Shown here: positions 19,552-20,000 of the stretch, piece by piece | Numbering within the stretch: the first letter of the stretch is position 1 | Layout: each line of letters begins with the position of its first letter | Origin: Folioceros fuciformis | Lineage: Eukaryota | DNA: 20,000 nt | NCBI GenBank assembly: GCA_049999805.1 | Contig: JBNGIO010006396.1 | Span: forward strand, 173,296 to 193,295 | Direction: 5' to 3' | The notes under the pieces: model-generated | Told to the model about the DNA's origin: nothing | Database searches by the model: none | What the model saw: only the letters and a program-made list of their open reading frames with translations | Made by a program: the position numbers and the translations under genes

Positions 19552-19998
19552 TTATGGTTGGTTTGTATTCCAAGTATCCTCAAACAGATCTACATCAAAT
19601 GGATTTGGGGGCACATTTGGGCAACTATCTAAGTGGCTTCTTGTTGAATATCTAAGATAACAATCGTGAACAAGAATGAAACCTTCACTAGGTATGCCTC
19701 TACAGAGTTCAAAGAGTTGGCCTTTGAGAGCCATGAGACATTGATAACACTCCTCCCAAGTGACTAAAGTAATATGATTCTGGTAGCACGTTACTACACC
19801 CCACACTTGTTCTCCTGGTAAAGTAGGAGTACTATAAGACCCATAATGTGGAAGGGCCCCAGGTTGCACAAACAGAAGATTTTGAAGCTGCATTGGTCGA
19901 CTTATAAGAGAGTCCAATGATAAAGATATAAAAATTCGTTGTAGTGGTGCATATACAAGTGGATTCTCACAATGGTGTTGAATTCGCCGTACATCCGG
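19552..19998 (-). CDS. Gnk2-homologous / DUF26 (stress-antifungal) cysteine-rich domain protein; 5' end lies beyond the right edge
   Basis: The frame is open from the window edge: PDVRRIQHHCENPLVY...SLDSLI...EQVWGVVTCYQNHITLVTWEECYQCLMALKGQLFELCRGIPSEGFILVHDCYLRYS. This matches the DUF26 pattern C...V.G...C-Xn-C-X2-C.......L...C.....G......C.LRY. Stop at 19552-19554. Confidence 0.75.
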   Translation of the reverse strand, partial: PDVRRIQHHCENPLVYAPLQRIFISLSLDSLISRPMQLQNLLFVQPGALPHYGSYSTPTLPGEQVWGVVTCYQNHITLVTWEECYQCLMALKGQLFELCRGIPSEGFILVHDCYLRYSTRSHLDSCPNVPPNPFDVDLFEDTWNTNQP

Positions 19999-20000
19999 CT

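Overview
Compact, intron-containing plant nuclear DNA with introns mostly 80-130 bp. It is probably from a hornwort, inferred from the PGQSWW-type PPR terminus and the gene density. Left to right: (1) the 5' part of a DUF1338/HGLS (FLO7-like) gene on the minus strand; (2) head-to-head with it, an NSUN6-like PUA+RsmB m5C methyltransferase containing a GC-AG intron; (3) chloroplast type-A FtsH (FtsH1/5), interrupted by a 400-N gap; (4) an uncharacterised 4-exon gene whose product looks like an N-terminal four-helix bundle joined to a tubby/scramblase-like barrel; (5) a giant intronless PLS-class PPR gene (~1807 aa, ~44 repeats) carrying an OSB-type PDF motif at its N-terminus and ending just after a WW-type PG box, with an out-of-frame DYW remnant behind it; (6) an inverted decayed PPR fragment; (7) an intronless bacterial-type VOC/glyoxalase gene, a horizontal-transfer candidate; (8) a Gnk2/DUF26-like coding region running off the right edge. 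The strongest leads are the PDF-PPR fusion and the helical-bundle/barrel gene. All family assignments come from motif recognition by eye; no searches were run.
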